Made by a program: the position numbers and the translations under genes
DNA from: Methanobacteriota archaeon
GTDB taxonomy: Archaea > Halobacteriota > Methanomicrobia > Methanomicrobiales > Methanomicrobiaceae
DNA length: 64,000 nucleotides
Reading direction: 5' to 3'
Assembly: GCA_023396365.1 (NCBI GenBank)
Contig: JAEWWL010000007.1
Coordinates: 1,288 to 65,287 of the forward strand
Part shown: positions 19,617 through 28,976 of the stretch, piece by piece
How positions within the stretch are numbered: the stretch's first letter is position 1
Layout of the letters: the number at the start of each line of letters is the position of its first letter
The notes under the pieces: generated by a model
Seen by the model: the letters and a program-made list of their open reading frames with translations, nothing else
Told to the model about the DNA's origin: nothing
The model's database searches: none

Positions 19617-19749
19617 AAAAAAAAGGCTGAAAAAAATTCAATAATTAAATTTTTTTATTTTTATTCACAGGCAAATGAAATACAGGTAATACGATAACCC
19701 CATATTATTCAGACAAAGTTTTATTTTAGGAGCTTCAAATCATAATTCA

Positions 19750-20373
19750 ATGATTCCTCTTTTCCATGATATGAATGGGAAAAAAGTTGTGATTTTTGGC
19801 GGAGGAGAAGTGGGATTTAGAAAGGCGTCTTTTTTTTATCCCGAAGCAGATGTATCTGTTGTAAGCAGAACATTTGCTAAAGATTTTAACAGAATTAATG
19901 TAACACTAATAAAAAAAGATCTTAATGAAGCTGATGACAGTTATTTAAATGAGATAATCAAAGGCAGCATGATTGTTGTTGCTGCAACATCAGACCGGGA
20001 TTTAAATGACAAAATCGGCATTCTTGCAAAAAATGCAGGTGCCTTTTTCAACAATGCGGATGGAAAAGCCAAAGATGTAATCATACCCTCAGTAGTTTCC
20101 GGTAAAAATTTTTTAATTGCAGTCTCGACCTGCGGCAAAAGCCCGGCAATGTCAAGATACATCAGGAAAAATATTGAAGAGAATTTACCAAATCCTGATG
20201 AGATGATTGCACTTCAAAATGAAGTCCGCGAACTCTTAAAAGAAAAAGTGCCAGTCCAAAAAGACAGGAATGAAATCCTGCAAAATATAATATATGATGA
20301 AAAAGTCTGGGAAAAATTAAAGGAAGGCCATTATTTTGCTTTTAATTACGTCCGGGAGAAATATCTTCAATGA
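19750..20373 (+). CDS. sirC: precorrin-2 dehydrogenase / sirohydrochlorin ferrochelatase (siroheme synthase N-terminal domain type)
   Basis: 207 aa. NAD motif KVVIFGGGEVGFRKA. The size and the ...TCGKSPAMSRYIRKNIE... segment are typical of CysG-N/SirC/Met8-like proteins. First gene of the hem cluster. Confidence 0.8.
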   Translation: MIPLFHDMNGKKVVIFGGGEVGFRKASFFYPEADVSVVSRTFAKDFNRINVTLIKKDLNEADDSYLNEIIKGSMIVVAATSDRDLNDKIGILAKNAGAFFNNADGKAKDVIIPSVVSGKNFLIAVSTCGKSPAMSRYIRKNIEENLPNPDEMIALQNEVRELLKEKVPVQKDRNEILQNIIYDEKVWEKLKEGHYFAFNYVREKYLQ

Positions 20374-21653
20374 AATATAATCTTCTTACCTCCTTTGCAT
20401 GTGCAGGCATCACTCACCATGAGGCTGATATAGAGAAACTGGAAGAGTTTCGATTTCCGGATGAAACAGAATTTCTTCAGGAAGCAAGAGAGCATTTCAA
20501 AGGAGTTGTTCTGCTCCAGACCTGCAACCGTGTGGAAATATTTGTCCAGGGTGAATCGGAAGCACTTGAAAGTTTTTTAAAACTAAAAGGCCGGGAGGGA
20601 TTCTGGACACTTGAAGGATGCAGGGCGCTCACACATTTATTAAGGCTTGCATCCGGCATGGATTCAATGATTGTTGGCGAAGACCAGATTATCGGACAAT
20701 TAAAAAAAGCGCTCTCTGAATCACAGGAGGCCGGTGTATGCAGTTCTGTACTAAATTTATGCATCAACAAGGCGGTTCATACAGGTGTTGAAGTCCGCAG
20801 ACGGACCAATATCAACAACGGCGCGGTATCTATTGGTTCTGCCGCTGTCCAGCTTGCAGAAGAGCTTCTAGGAAGCTTAAAGGGAAAGCATATCCTTGTT
20901 GTCGGCGGCGGCGAGATGGGAAAGCTCGTTGCACAGGCGCTTGCCGCAAAAAACCTGACTGCAATATATGTAACCAACAGGACTTTTGCAACTGCAAAAC
21001 GTCTTGCAGAAGAAATTGGCGGAAAAGCGGTTATGATGGATGAGTTATACCACTACATTTCGCTCTCAGACGTCGTTATCTCCTGCACTGCCGCACCGCA
21101 CCCTGTCATTCATTATGATCCACTGAGTGAGATTCTTCAAAGACAGAGATGGCCGATAGGGCAGGTAAAAAAACCTTTGATTTTAATTGATATAGCACAG
21201 CCACGTGATATTGATGAGAAAGTATCTGAAATAGAAGGTATCAAACTCTTTACAATCGATGATTTAAGAAATGTCAGTGAGAAGAATATGGACTCACGCC
21301 GCCATGAGGCAGAGATGGCAGAGGCTTTCATCATTGATGAGCTAAAGCAGTTTGTATCCCTCTTAAACAGGGCAGCTGCAAACGAAAGTTTAGGCGACCT
21401 TCACACATGGGCAGAATCAATAAGAATCCGCGAACGCGACAAAGCCCTTGCCCGTGTAAACAGCCCTGATGAAAGGACAAAAGAAATCTTTGATGACTTT
21501 TCAAGAGTCCTTGTAAAAAAAATTCTTGCTGATGCCACATTTGCTGTCAGAAGCTGTGCAGAATGCGGTGATCTTGCAACCGCCGATAAGCTTGTTCTTG
21601 CAATAACAAGAGGAAAAAGACCATGTTCCCGCAAAGAAGACTTAGAAGATTGA
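20370..21653 (+). CDS. hemA: glutamyl-tRNA reductase
   Basis: 427 aa. Catalytic-Cys motif LQTCNRVEIF, NADPH motif VVGGGEMGKLVAQAL. ATGA overlap with sirC. Confidence 0.95.
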   Translation: MKYNLLTSFACAGITHHEADIEKLEEFRFPDETEFLQEAREHFKGVVLLQTCNRVEIFVQGESEALESFLKLKGREGFWTLEGCRALTHLLRLASGMDSMIVGEDQIIGQLKKALSESQEAGVCSSVLNLCINKAVHTGVEVRRRTNINNGAVSIGSAAVQLAEELLGSLKGKHILVVGGGEMGKLVAQALAAKNLTAIYVTNRTFATAKRLAEEIGGKAVMMDELYHYISLSDVVISCTAAPHPVIHYDPLSEILQRQRWPIGQVKKPLILIDIAQPRDIDEKVSEIEGIKLFTIDDLRNVSEKNMDSRRHEAEMAEAFIIDELKQFVSLLNRAAANESLGDLHTWAESIRIRERDKALARVNSPDERTKEIFDDFSRVLVKKILADATFAVRSCAECGDLATADKLVLAITRGKRPCSRKEDLED

Positions 21654-22615
21654 GAAAAAGAAATCTCCAGCCGCTTTTCAAAGAGACAGTGCTGACAAAA
21701 GACAGTCTCATAGCTCCTTATTTTTTTGATGAGACAATAACAAATAAAAGACCGATTGAGTCAATGCCCGGACAGTTCAGGCATCCGGTATCACATGCAG
21801 GTGAGATTGCCAAAAGACTGCAGTCGCTTGGAATCAGGGCAATGCTTTTGTTTGGAATTCCAAAGGACAAGGATTCGAACGGAACATCTGCGTGGATTGA
21901 GGACGGAGTAATTCAAAAGACAATAGCTGAAATAAAATCAAAAGCTCCGGAGATGGTTGTAATAACAGATGTCTGCGCATGCGAATATACAGATCACGGA
22001 CACTGCGGAATAACAGGAAGCGTCTGTGGTGAGCCTGATCTTTTAAACGATGAGTCTCTTGAGGTTATGGCAAAAATTGCTGTGTCGCATGCAAGGGCAG
22101 GCTGTGATATTGTTGCACCATCATGCATGCTTGACGGCATGGTGATGGCAATCAGGGAGGCTCTTGACGATGAAGGGTTTGAAAACACACCGATAATGTC
22201 ATACTCCACAAAATTTGCAAGCGCTCTCTACGGACCATTTCGGGATGCCGCGGATTCAAAAATGTCCTTTGGTGACCGCTCAACATACCAGATGGCATAT
22301 GAGAATCCAAAAGAAGCATTTTTAGAGTCAGAACTTGATTTAAGGGAGGGCGCCGATATTTTAATGGTAAAGCCTGCCGGGTTTTATCATGATATTATCG
22401 CCTCTGTTGCGACACTGGGCCTTCCGGTTGCCGCTTACCAGGTGAGCGGTGAGTACTCAATGATAAAGGCCGCCTCTGAAAAAGGCTGGCTTGATGAGAA
22501 GAAAGTTGCAATGGAGAGTCTTATTGCAATAAAACGTGCAGGAGCAGATCTAATTATAACATATTTTGCAGAGGATGCTGCGGGGTGGATAGATGAGAAG
22601 CCGGGAATTATTTGA
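21623..22615 (+). CDS. hemB: porphobilinogen synthase (delta-aminolevulinate dehydratase)
   Basis: 330 aa. N-terminal [11 protein letters not shown], a Cys-rich Zn site ([14 protein letters not shown]) and the Schiff-base Lys in ILMVKPAG. Overlaps hemA by 31 nt. Confidence 0.95.
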   Translation: MFPQRRLRRLRKRNLQPLFKETVLTKDSLIAPYFFDETITNKRPIESMPGQFRHPVSHAGEIAKRLQSLGIRAMLLFGIPKDKDSNGTSAWIEDGVIQKTIAEIKSKAPEMVVITDVCACEYTDHGHCGITGSVCGEPDLLNDESLEVMAKIAVSHARAGCDIVAPSCMLDGMVMAIREALDDEGFENTPIMSYSTKFASALYGPFRDAADSKMSFGDRSTYQMAYENPKEAFLESELDLREGADILMVKPAGFYHDIIASVATLGLPVAAYQVSGEYSMIKAASEKGWLDEKKVAMESLIAIKRAGADLIITYFAEDAAGWIDEKPGII

Positions 22616-23834
22616 AGAGGCAAAAAATTTAATGCCGGGCGGCGTCAGCAGTCCGGTAAGGGCTATTAAGCCGTATCCTTTCTATGTCAAAAAAGCACAG
22701 GGATCAAAAATAATAACAGAAGATAATGTTTCCTTAACAGACTGCTGCATGGCTTACGGGCCGCTGCTTTTGGGCCACAGGCCGCAGGCTGTATATGATG
22801 CAATAAAAAAACAGACTGAGGAGGGCTGGTTATACGGAACACCTTCCGAGAGTGAGATAAAACTTGCAAAAATCATCATACGTGATCATCCGTCAGTTGA
22901 TATGTGCAGATTTGTGTCAAGCGGCTCTGAAGCAACAATGGCTGCAATAAGGCTTGCCCGCGGCTATACAGGTAAAAAGGACATCATAAAGGTTGAAGGC
23001 GGGTTTCACGGCGCTCATGACGGAGTTTTAATCCAGGCAGGATCAGGTGCAACAACAATGGGTGTTCCCGACTCTGCGGGAGTAATACCTGAGATTGTTT
23101 CACACACCGCCCAGGTTCCTTATAATGATGCCGAATCACTTGAAAGCATAATCTCAAAGAGCGATGATATTGCAGCATTCATCATTGAGCCTGTTATGGG
23201 AAATGTCGGTCCTGTTCTTCCTGAGGAAGGCTATCTTTCCGAGGTCAGGAAGATTACTAAGGAGAATGATGTTCTTTTAATCTGCGATGAGGTGATCTGC
23301 GGATACAGGGTCGGGATCGGCGGTGCACAGGCAAAATACAGGATAGTTCCGGATCTTACAACTCTTGGAAAGATTGTCGGCGGCGGCCTTCCAATCGGAG
23401 TTTTTGGAGGAAGACGCGATATAATGGAGCTTGTCGCCCCTTCAGGTCCGGTTTACCAGGCCGGAACATTCAGCGGAAATCCCCTTTCAATGTCAGCCGG
23501 AATTGCAATGCTTGAATATATTCACAAGAACAGCTCTCTTTATCAGAAACTTGATGAAAATTCAAAAGTCATACAGGAATCACTGCCTGAAAAATACAGG
23601 GATTCTTTTGTAAGGCTTGGCTCAATGTTTAAACTTTTTTTTAAGGACACTCCGCCAAAAAATTATATGGAGGCAAAGAAAAGCGATACCGAAAAATTTG
23701 CGGATTTCTGGAAGAAGATGCTAAAAGAGGGAATATTTCTGCCCCCGTCACAGTTTGAGACCAACTTCATCTCGGCTGCACACAGCAGCGAGGATATAGA
23801 AAAAATAGCCGGGGCTTACTGCAGATGTCTTTGA
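22593..23834 (+). CDS. hemL: glutamate-1-semialdehyde 2,1-aminomutase
   Basis: 413 aa. [11 protein letters not shown]-terminal motif and PLP-Lys region [20 protein letters not shown]. Overlaps hemB by 23 nt. Confidence 0.95.
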   Translation: MRSRELFEEAKNLMPGGVSSPVRAIKPYPFYVKKAQGSKIITEDNVSLTDCCMAYGPLLLGHRPQAVYDAIKKQTEEGWLYGTPSESEIKLAKIIIRDHPSVDMCRFVSSGSEATMAAIRLARGYTGKKDIIKVEGGFHGAHDGVLIQAGSGATTMGVPDSAGVIPEIVSHTAQVPYNDAESLESIISKSDDIAAFIIEPVMGNVGPVLPEEGYLSEVRKITKENDVLLICDEVICGYRVGIGGAQAKYRIVPDLTTLGKIVGGGLPIGVFGGRRDIMELVAPSGPVYQAGTFSGNPLSMSAGIAMLEYIHKNSSLYQKLDENSKVIQESLPEKYRDSFVRLGSMFKLFFKDTPPKNYMEAKKSDTEKFADFWKKMLKEGIFLPPSQFETNFISAAHSSEDIEKIAGAYCRCL

Positions 23835-24721
23835 AAGTCGGAACACGCGGTTCACGTCTTGCCATGGCACAGACAAACCGTGTCTGCAGTATGCTTAAAA
23901 AACTGGGGATCGAAACAGAGATTGTCACTATAAAAACAATCGGCGATGACAAAACAAATGTTCCGCTTCACAGGGTTGGCGGACAGGGAATATTTGTAAG
24001 GGCTCTTGATGATGCAATAATAAACGGCGAGGTTGACTTTGCTGTTCACAGCATGAAGGACATTCCTGCTAAAAGACCGGATGGTGTTGTTACCTGTGCT
24101 GTTTTAAAAAGAGATTCACCCTGCGATTTTTTGGTTCACAACTGCCCTCTTGAGGAGATTAAGGTCGTTGGCACATCAAGCACAAGAAGAAAGGCGCAGC
24201 TTCTTCGCGGCAACTTAAATCCTGAGATTAAAGAGCTTAGGGGGAATGTTGATACAAGGCTTCGCAGGCTTGAGAATAATGAGTTTGATGCAATAGTTCT
24301 TGCAGAGGCAGGAATGGAGCGCCTCGGTCTGAAGCTTGCCGGAACAAGGCTTATACCGCAGTGGTATGTGCCGTCGCCAAACCAGGGCATAATTGCTGTT
24401 GTATGCAGAGATGATCCAAAACTTTCATCAGAACTTTCAGTCCTTGATGATCCGATAACAAGACGTGATGCAGAAGTTGAGCGTGCTGTAATGGAGGAGA
24501 TTGGCGGCGGCTGCTTCACACCGCAGGGTGTCTACTGCAAAGACGGATTTTTAATAGCCGAAGTCCTCTCCCTTGACGGCAAAAGATACCAGAGAATTGA
24601 GGATAACGGAGACTCTATTGAAGAGGGAAGGCTTGTCGGTAAAAAACTCCGTGAAATAGCAGGTGATCTTATTGAAGAAGCCCGCCAAAGTCTTGGAATC
24701 AGCGGGGAGCAGAACGGATAA
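23825..24721 (+). CDS. hemC: hydroxymethylbilane synthase (porphobilinogen deaminase)
   Basis: 298 aa. [14 protein letters not shown]-terminus, [17 protein letters not shown], and the cofactor Cys in GGGCFTP. Confidence 0.95.
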   Translation: MSLKVGTRGSRLAMAQTNRVCSMLKKLGIETEIVTIKTIGDDKTNVPLHRVGGQGIFVRALDDAIINGEVDFAVHSMKDIPAKRPDGVVTCAVLKRDSPCDFLVHNCPLEEIKVVGTSSTRRKAQLLRGNLNPEIKELRGNVDTRLRRLENNEFDAIVLAEAGMERLGLKLAGTRLIPQWYVPSPNQGIIAVVCRDDPKLSSELSVLDDPITRRDAEVERAVMEEIGGGCFTPQGVYCKDGFLIAEVLSLDGKRYQRIEDNGDSIEEGRLVGKKLREIAGDLIEEARQSLGISGEQNG

Positions 24722-24740
24722 AATTAAAGGAGATTTGCAA

Positions 24741-25466
24741 ATGACAGGTAAGGTATATCTTGTCGGTTCCGGTCCGGGAGGACTTGGACTGATGACATTT
24801 CGTGCAAGAGAAGTTATTGACAGCGCTGATGTAATTTTATATGACCAGCTTCCGGGAGAAGAGATTTTATCATCGCTTCCTGATGTTGAAAAGATTGATG
24901 TCGGAAAATACGGCGGGAAGCATACAAAAGAGCAGGATGAGATTGAAAAGCTGATGGTTAAGTATGCACAGGAGGAAAAGACTGTCGTACGCTTAAAAGG
25001 TGGAGATCCATTCCTGTTTGGTCGCGGCGGAGAGGAGATGGAGACTCTTAGAAATTACGGCATCCGTGTTGAGATGGTTCCGGGAGTTACAAGCGCAATC
25101 GCCGTTCCTGAATGTGTCGGAATTCCTGTAACTCACAGGAAGTTTGCATCGCAGGTTACATTTCTGACAGGCCATGAAGACCCAAAAAAAGAGGAGTCTG
25201 CAATAAACTGGAAATGGCTGGCCGGCTCTCCCGGAACAATAGTTGTTTTAATGGGTGTTAAAAATCTTTTCAATATTACAAAGGCTTTGATGGAAAACGG
25301 GATGGATAAGAAAAAGCCGGTTGCAATAATTGAGCGCGGCCTTCGTCCTGACCAGAGAGTAACCATTGGAACTCTTGAAACAATATCTGAAACTGCCGCA
25401 CAAAGAAATGTAAAACCTCCTGCAATAATTGTAATAGGTGAGGTTGTAACACTATTTGAGGAATAA
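24741..25466 (+). CDS. cobA: uroporphyrinogen-III C-methyltransferase (SUMT)
   Basis: MTGKVYLVGSGPGG... and GGDPFLFGRGGEE motifs. I use ATG 24741, preceded by AAAGGAG. The ORF-track start at 24663 would overlap hemC and add non-conserved residues. Confidence 0.92.
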   Translation: MTGKVYLVGSGPGGLGLMTFRAREVIDSADVILYDQLPGEEILSSLPDVEKIDVGKYGGKHTKEQDEIEKLMVKYAQEEKTVVRLKGGDPFLFGRGGEEMETLRNYGIRVEMVPGVTSAIAVPECVGIPVTHRKFASQVTFLTGHEDPKKEESAINWKWLAGSPGTIVVLMGVKNLFNITKALMENGMDKKKPVAIIERGLRPDQRVTIGTLETISETAAQRNVKPPAIIVIGEVVTLFEE

Positions 25467-25490
25467 TAATTTTCTTAAAAATTTTAGAAA

Positions 25491-26390
25491 TCAGGCAAAA
25501 TCCTTAAGGATTTTGTGGAGGTGGAAGTTGTTTGTTCCAAGTTTTCCCTCATAATTGCCTGCACTTATGAAGAGAACGCCCTTTTCTTTTACAGCAGCCA
25601 AAATACCCTTTCGCATCGCCTGTGCAATAGCATCCTCATTAAGGCCATTTATTACAATTTCATATATCGAGCTGACACCTTTTGGAACTAAAGAGTCGCT
25701 GATTTTGTCTTTTAGTGTCGGGCAGAACCTGTGGTTTGTGCTTGCAGGCATGGGAAATTTGTAATTTTTGCTTGCAACCTTTGAGCCGCCTGCAACTATT
25801 CCGCCCGGAAAACCTGCCATTATATCACTGCTGTTTTCAAATGCCTTCACTGCCGCCTTTGCACCAAGAAGTGCAGATTTCTGGGAACTTCCCATGATGA
25901 AAAAGTTGCCGCCTGCAATTCCTTTTACAGCCCCGAAATTCTCCTCACCGATAAAGTCGCCCTGCATTATCGGAATCTTCCAGCATTTTCTTCCGCCCAC
26001 AATGCAGCGTGATTCATAAGAGTCGCCAAAATAATGCATCCTTGTTGAAAAACGGGTAGTTGCCTGCGGAAGTCCGTCAAATACAGAGGCTGTTGCAGCC
26101 GTTAAAATGCACTGGCCTATTCTCGATGCAACATTTTCACGCATGTTTTTTCTTGCGGCACAGATAAAAACCGAGATGCCCGGCCTTTTGTCAGGTGTTT
26201 CATCAGGAGAATAAACCCTTTCAATTCCTGCCTCGCAAGGACATCCTATTGCTGATGTCGCAAACCCTGTTGCCTCAACAGCAGCAGTTTTTGCAAGTTC
26301 ATAATCATCAGCAGTTATGATTAATCTTGAAAACCATATCGGAAAGGCCTCTGCGTATGTATCGACAATCTCAACACCGTTTATTTTCAT
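25491..26390 (-). CDS. ftr: formylmethanofuran--tetrahydromethanopterin N-formyltransferase
   Basis: 299 aa. MKINGVEIVDTYAEAFPIWFSRLIITA... and the overall length are typical of Ftr. This enzyme is diagnostic of the H4MPT-linked C1 pathway. Confidence 0.93.
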   Translation of the reverse strand: MKINGVEIVDTYAEAFPIWFSRLIITADDYELAKTAAVEATGFATSAIGCPCEAGIERVYSPDETPDKRPGISVFICAARKNMRENVASRIGQCILTAATASVFDGLPQATTRFSTRMHYFGDSYESRCIVGGRKCWKIPIMQGDFIGEENFGAVKGIAGGNFFIMGSSQKSALLGAKAAVKAFENSSDIMAGFPGGIVAGGSKVASKNYKFPMPASTNHRFCPTLKDKISDSLVPKGVSSIYEIVINGLNEDAIAQAMRKGILAAVKEKGVLFISAGNYEGKLGTNNFHLHKILKDFA

Positions 26391-26395
26391 AAACT

Positions 26396-26968
26396 CTACT
26401 CCTTTTTTCTTTTGAATGCAATGCCGTTTTCTGTTATGACATAGTCCATTAAGACATCATTGTCCTCAACCGGGACTTCTTCTGCCTCCTGGCAGGCAAA
26501 GGCTAAGGCAATTTTTATAACGTCAGGATATTTTTCTAAGAATCTGTCGTAGTACCCTGAGCCGTATCCAAGCCTTCCGCCTTTCTGGTCAAATGCAAGC
26601 ATTGGAAGAATAACGGCATCAACAGCACCGTCTGGAACAGGTATTTCATTTCCGATTGGTTCGGGCACACCAAATGTGCTTGGGACAAGGTGCTCCAGTT
26701 TTTTTACATATGAGAGGCGAAGGCTGACATCTTCTTTAACAATGACTGGAACAACAAGAGGATTATTATTTTCAAGAAGCATCCTTAAAAGAGGTTTTGT
26801 GTCAACTTCAATCTCTTTTGATGCAAAGCCCATTACAGTCTGGCCCGGCTTTATGATTGAAAAGACATTTCTGCATATGATTTCGCTCTTTTCCGCACGC
26901 TCTTTGAAAGTTAACTTTTCTCTTTTCTCGCGCATTATATTTCGAAGCCTGTTTTTCTGTTCCCGCAT
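26396..26968 (-). CDS. 5-formyltetrahydrofolate cyclo-ligase family protein (MTHFS-like)
   Basis: About 190 aa. MREQKNRLRNIMREKREKL... N-terminus and C-terminal GGRLGYGSGYYDRFL motif. I prefer ATG 26968 (GGAGA 8-12 nt upstream) over the ORF-track start at 27001. Only 5 nt separate it from ftr. Confidence 0.8.
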   Translation of the reverse strand: MREQKNRLRNIMREKREKLTFKERAEKSEIICRNVFSIIKPGQTVMGFASKEIEVDTKPLLRMLLENNNPLVVPVIVKEDVSLRLSYVKKLEHLVPSTFGVPEPIGNEIPVPDGAVDAVILPMLAFDQKGGRLGYGSGYYDRFLEKYPDVIKIALAFACQEAEEVPVEDNDVLMDYVITENGIAFKRKKE

Positions 26969-27050
26969 GTGAATTCTATCTCCTATTTTAATATATAGCA
27001 TTAATTGTTGAGGCTATATTATTGGGCGTTTGGGAGTAAAAAAGATTGAG

Positions 27051-27407
27051 TTATTCATACCCTATCGGGTTTTCTTCCAGATTTTCCTCAATATAATCCT
27101 CTTCATCAAGAAGCAGAACTTCAAGTCCGCCAAAATATGCAGATAAAAGATTATAGAAAAATGAGACAGCAAGACCACAAAGGCATCCTGTCAATGTGAT
27201 TAAAAAAGTAAGAAGTGCAATGTCTGATAAAGCCGGGATAAAAACATCTCCTCCGGATAGCATTGAGTAATCTGACATTACTGTATTAAGCCCGTATACT
27301 GCTGCCGGAACGGTAATCATAACTGATATGATAAATCCGGCGATTAAAGAGATCCCTGAGCATATTCTGGCCGCTGATATAACATTGATATAAATTATTT
27401 CAGTCAT
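27051..27407 (-). CDS. small hypothetical membrane protein (3 TM) with acidic C-terminus
   Basis: Starts at the internal ATG 27407 (MTEIIYINVISAARICSG...), which overlaps the ROK gene stop (aATGACTGA) and is preceded by GGAGAA. I recognise no family. Confidence 0.5.
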   Translation of the reverse strand: MTEIIYINVISAARICSGISLIAGFIISVMITVPAAVYGLNTVMSDYSMLSGGDVFIPALSDIALLTFLITLTGCLCGLAVSFFYNLLSAYFGGLEVLLLDEEDYIEENLEENPIGYE

Positions 27408-28368
27408 TTTCTCCTCTTTTATTCTGCATATTAAGAGCATAAAATGCGGCGCCATGCAATGGTGCAAGACCTTTAAGTCTGCCCGGCCTTATCTGTGGCA
27501 TATCTAAGTACCTGTCAGTATATCTGTTTATTCCTTTAATGATAACATCAGTGTTGTTTAAAACAACAGGGCCGTCGAGAATAATTACATCAGGAGAGTA
27601 TGCACATACAACAGTTGATATTCCGCGTGAATTAATTTTTCCAAGCTCTTCTGCAAATTCAGAATAAATCCTGCTTTTGTTTTTTATACCCAAAAAAATT
27701 GTTTCTGCTGATGCATCGGGGGCAATATCGCATTTATAATTATTCTGCCTGCAAAATTCCCTGAAAAATACCGGAATTTTTGTGCCTGAGGAATAAGCTT
27801 CCCAGTGGCCCACTCCGCCGCAGCTGCATGAAAGATTGTATCTGCTGTCCACAAAAAAATGACCTGCCTCTCCTGCATTGCCTGATTTTCCCAAAATCAG
27901 ATTTCCGTCAATAAATGCACCCGCACCAATACCTGTTGAAAATGTTATATAGACTACATTTTTATCAGCAAGACTTTCATCAGATGCAATCTCTCCCAAA
28001 ACACCCGAGCGGCAGTCATTTATCAGGTATACATCCTTTGAAAATTCATCTCTGAGAGCTTTTTTAATCTCTATCCTGGTAAAAGCCATATTTGGTGAGT
28101 TGATAATCTCGCCTTTTTTTGTGTCAAGCGGCCCTGCTGATGCAGCTCCTATAGATGATGCTGACTTTATTTCTTCTTCTGACAGCCGGTCGTATATTAA
28201 AGAGATAATCTTATCAGTAACACAGCTTTTTGAATTTCCTGTCCGCGGAGTATCATCAGTTCCAAATTTTGAGAACCGGCCATCAGAATAATATGATACT
28301 CTTATATGCGTTGCTCCAATATCCAAAGCTATTATTTTGGGTCTGCCGTTTTTCATCTTAACTCTCAT
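27400..28368 (-). CDS. ROK-family sugar kinase (glucokinase-like)
   Basis: 322 aa. ATP-binding N-terminus IIALDIGATHIRV, ROK Zn motif GHFFVDSRYNLSCSCGGVGHWEAYSSG. Confidence 0.85.
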   Translation of the reverse strand: MRVKMKNGRPKIIALDIGATHIRVSYYSDGRFSKFGTDDTPRTGNSKSCVTDKIISLIYDRLSEEEIKSASSIGAASAGPLDTKKGEIINSPNMAFTRIEIKKALRDEFSKDVYLINDCRSGVLGEIASDESLADKNVVYITFSTGIGAGAFIDGNLILGKSGNAGEAGHFFVDSRYNLSCSCGGVGHWEAYSSGTKIPVFFREFCRQNNYKCDIAPDASAETIFLGIKNKSRIYSEFAEELGKINSRGISTVVCAYSPDVIILDGPVVLNNTDVIIKGINRYTDRYLDMPQIRPGRLKGLAPLHGAAFYALNMQNKRGEND

Positions 28369-28399
28369 CCGGATTTGGATTTCAAAGATACTCTCTTAA

Positions 28400-28521
28400 A
28401 AATTAATTAAAATTTTAATTTTTCAACTGCTTAAATGCCTCTGATTGAAGAAATTTGAAAATGCCAAAAAAATTAAGAGCTTCTTTTTTAATCATGGAAG
28501 AAATTAATTAAAATTTTAATT
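28400..28521. repeat. two perfect 21-nt direct repeats (aaattaattaaaattttaatt) at 28400-28420 and 28501-28521
   Basis: Read directly. The copies bracket the spacer between the ROK gene start and the stop codon of the 28520-28858 gene, and the second copy covers that stop codon. Confidence 0.95.
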
Positions 28522-28858
28522 ACAGATTTTTGTCTATCTCATTTCGAATCATGGGAAGTGATATTCTTCCAATGGGAGTTTTATTTCCATTTATGAGAAT
28601 AAGAGGGATTGGCGGGTGATCCTTTTCAATAATTTCTATCACATGCGCCGGGACTTCATCATCAATAAGTGTGAGTGTGCATTCAACATTATCCCCGTAG
28701 ATATGAAAGAGACGCTCTTTTAATGCATCAAATGCTTTTACAAGCTCCTCTGAAGGTGCGCATTTTTCAAGTTCGCATGTCCTGTCGCCGTCACATGGAA
28801 AAGGGCCGCAGAAAGAGTCGGTAAAACCCACAACCTCCACTGTTACCTTGCTGTTCAT
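28520..28858 (-). CDS. small Cys-rich protein, possibly thioredoxin-fold (YuzD/ArsD-like?)
   Basis: 112 aa. N-terminal beta-strand followed by CGPFPCDGDRTCELEKC, and a C-terminal PLILINGNKTPIG reminiscent of thioredoxin-fold small proteins. The assignment is weak. Confidence 0.35.
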   Translation of the reverse strand: MNSKVTVEVVGFTDSFCGPFPCDGDRTCELEKCAPSEELVKAFDALKERLFHIYGDNVECTLTLIDDEVPAHVIEIIEKDHPPIPLILINGNKTPIGRISLPMIRNEIDKNL

Positions 28859-28976
28859 ACACTATCTTGTAATTATTAGTATATTGAATTTCCAATTGTG
28901 CTGTCCTGAAATTTTTTAATTATAATTTTCTTTGCAATCAGAGAGAGGAATTAATAGGGATTACTTCTAAATAATA

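Noticed and set aside
19490-19640. Highly repetitive A-rich stretch upstream of the hem cluster, considered as a possible CRISPR array or minisatellite.
   Set aside because: There are no constant-length repeats separated by unique spacers. The region is only poly-A/T low complexity with one ~18-nt tandem duplication. No cas genes are in the window.
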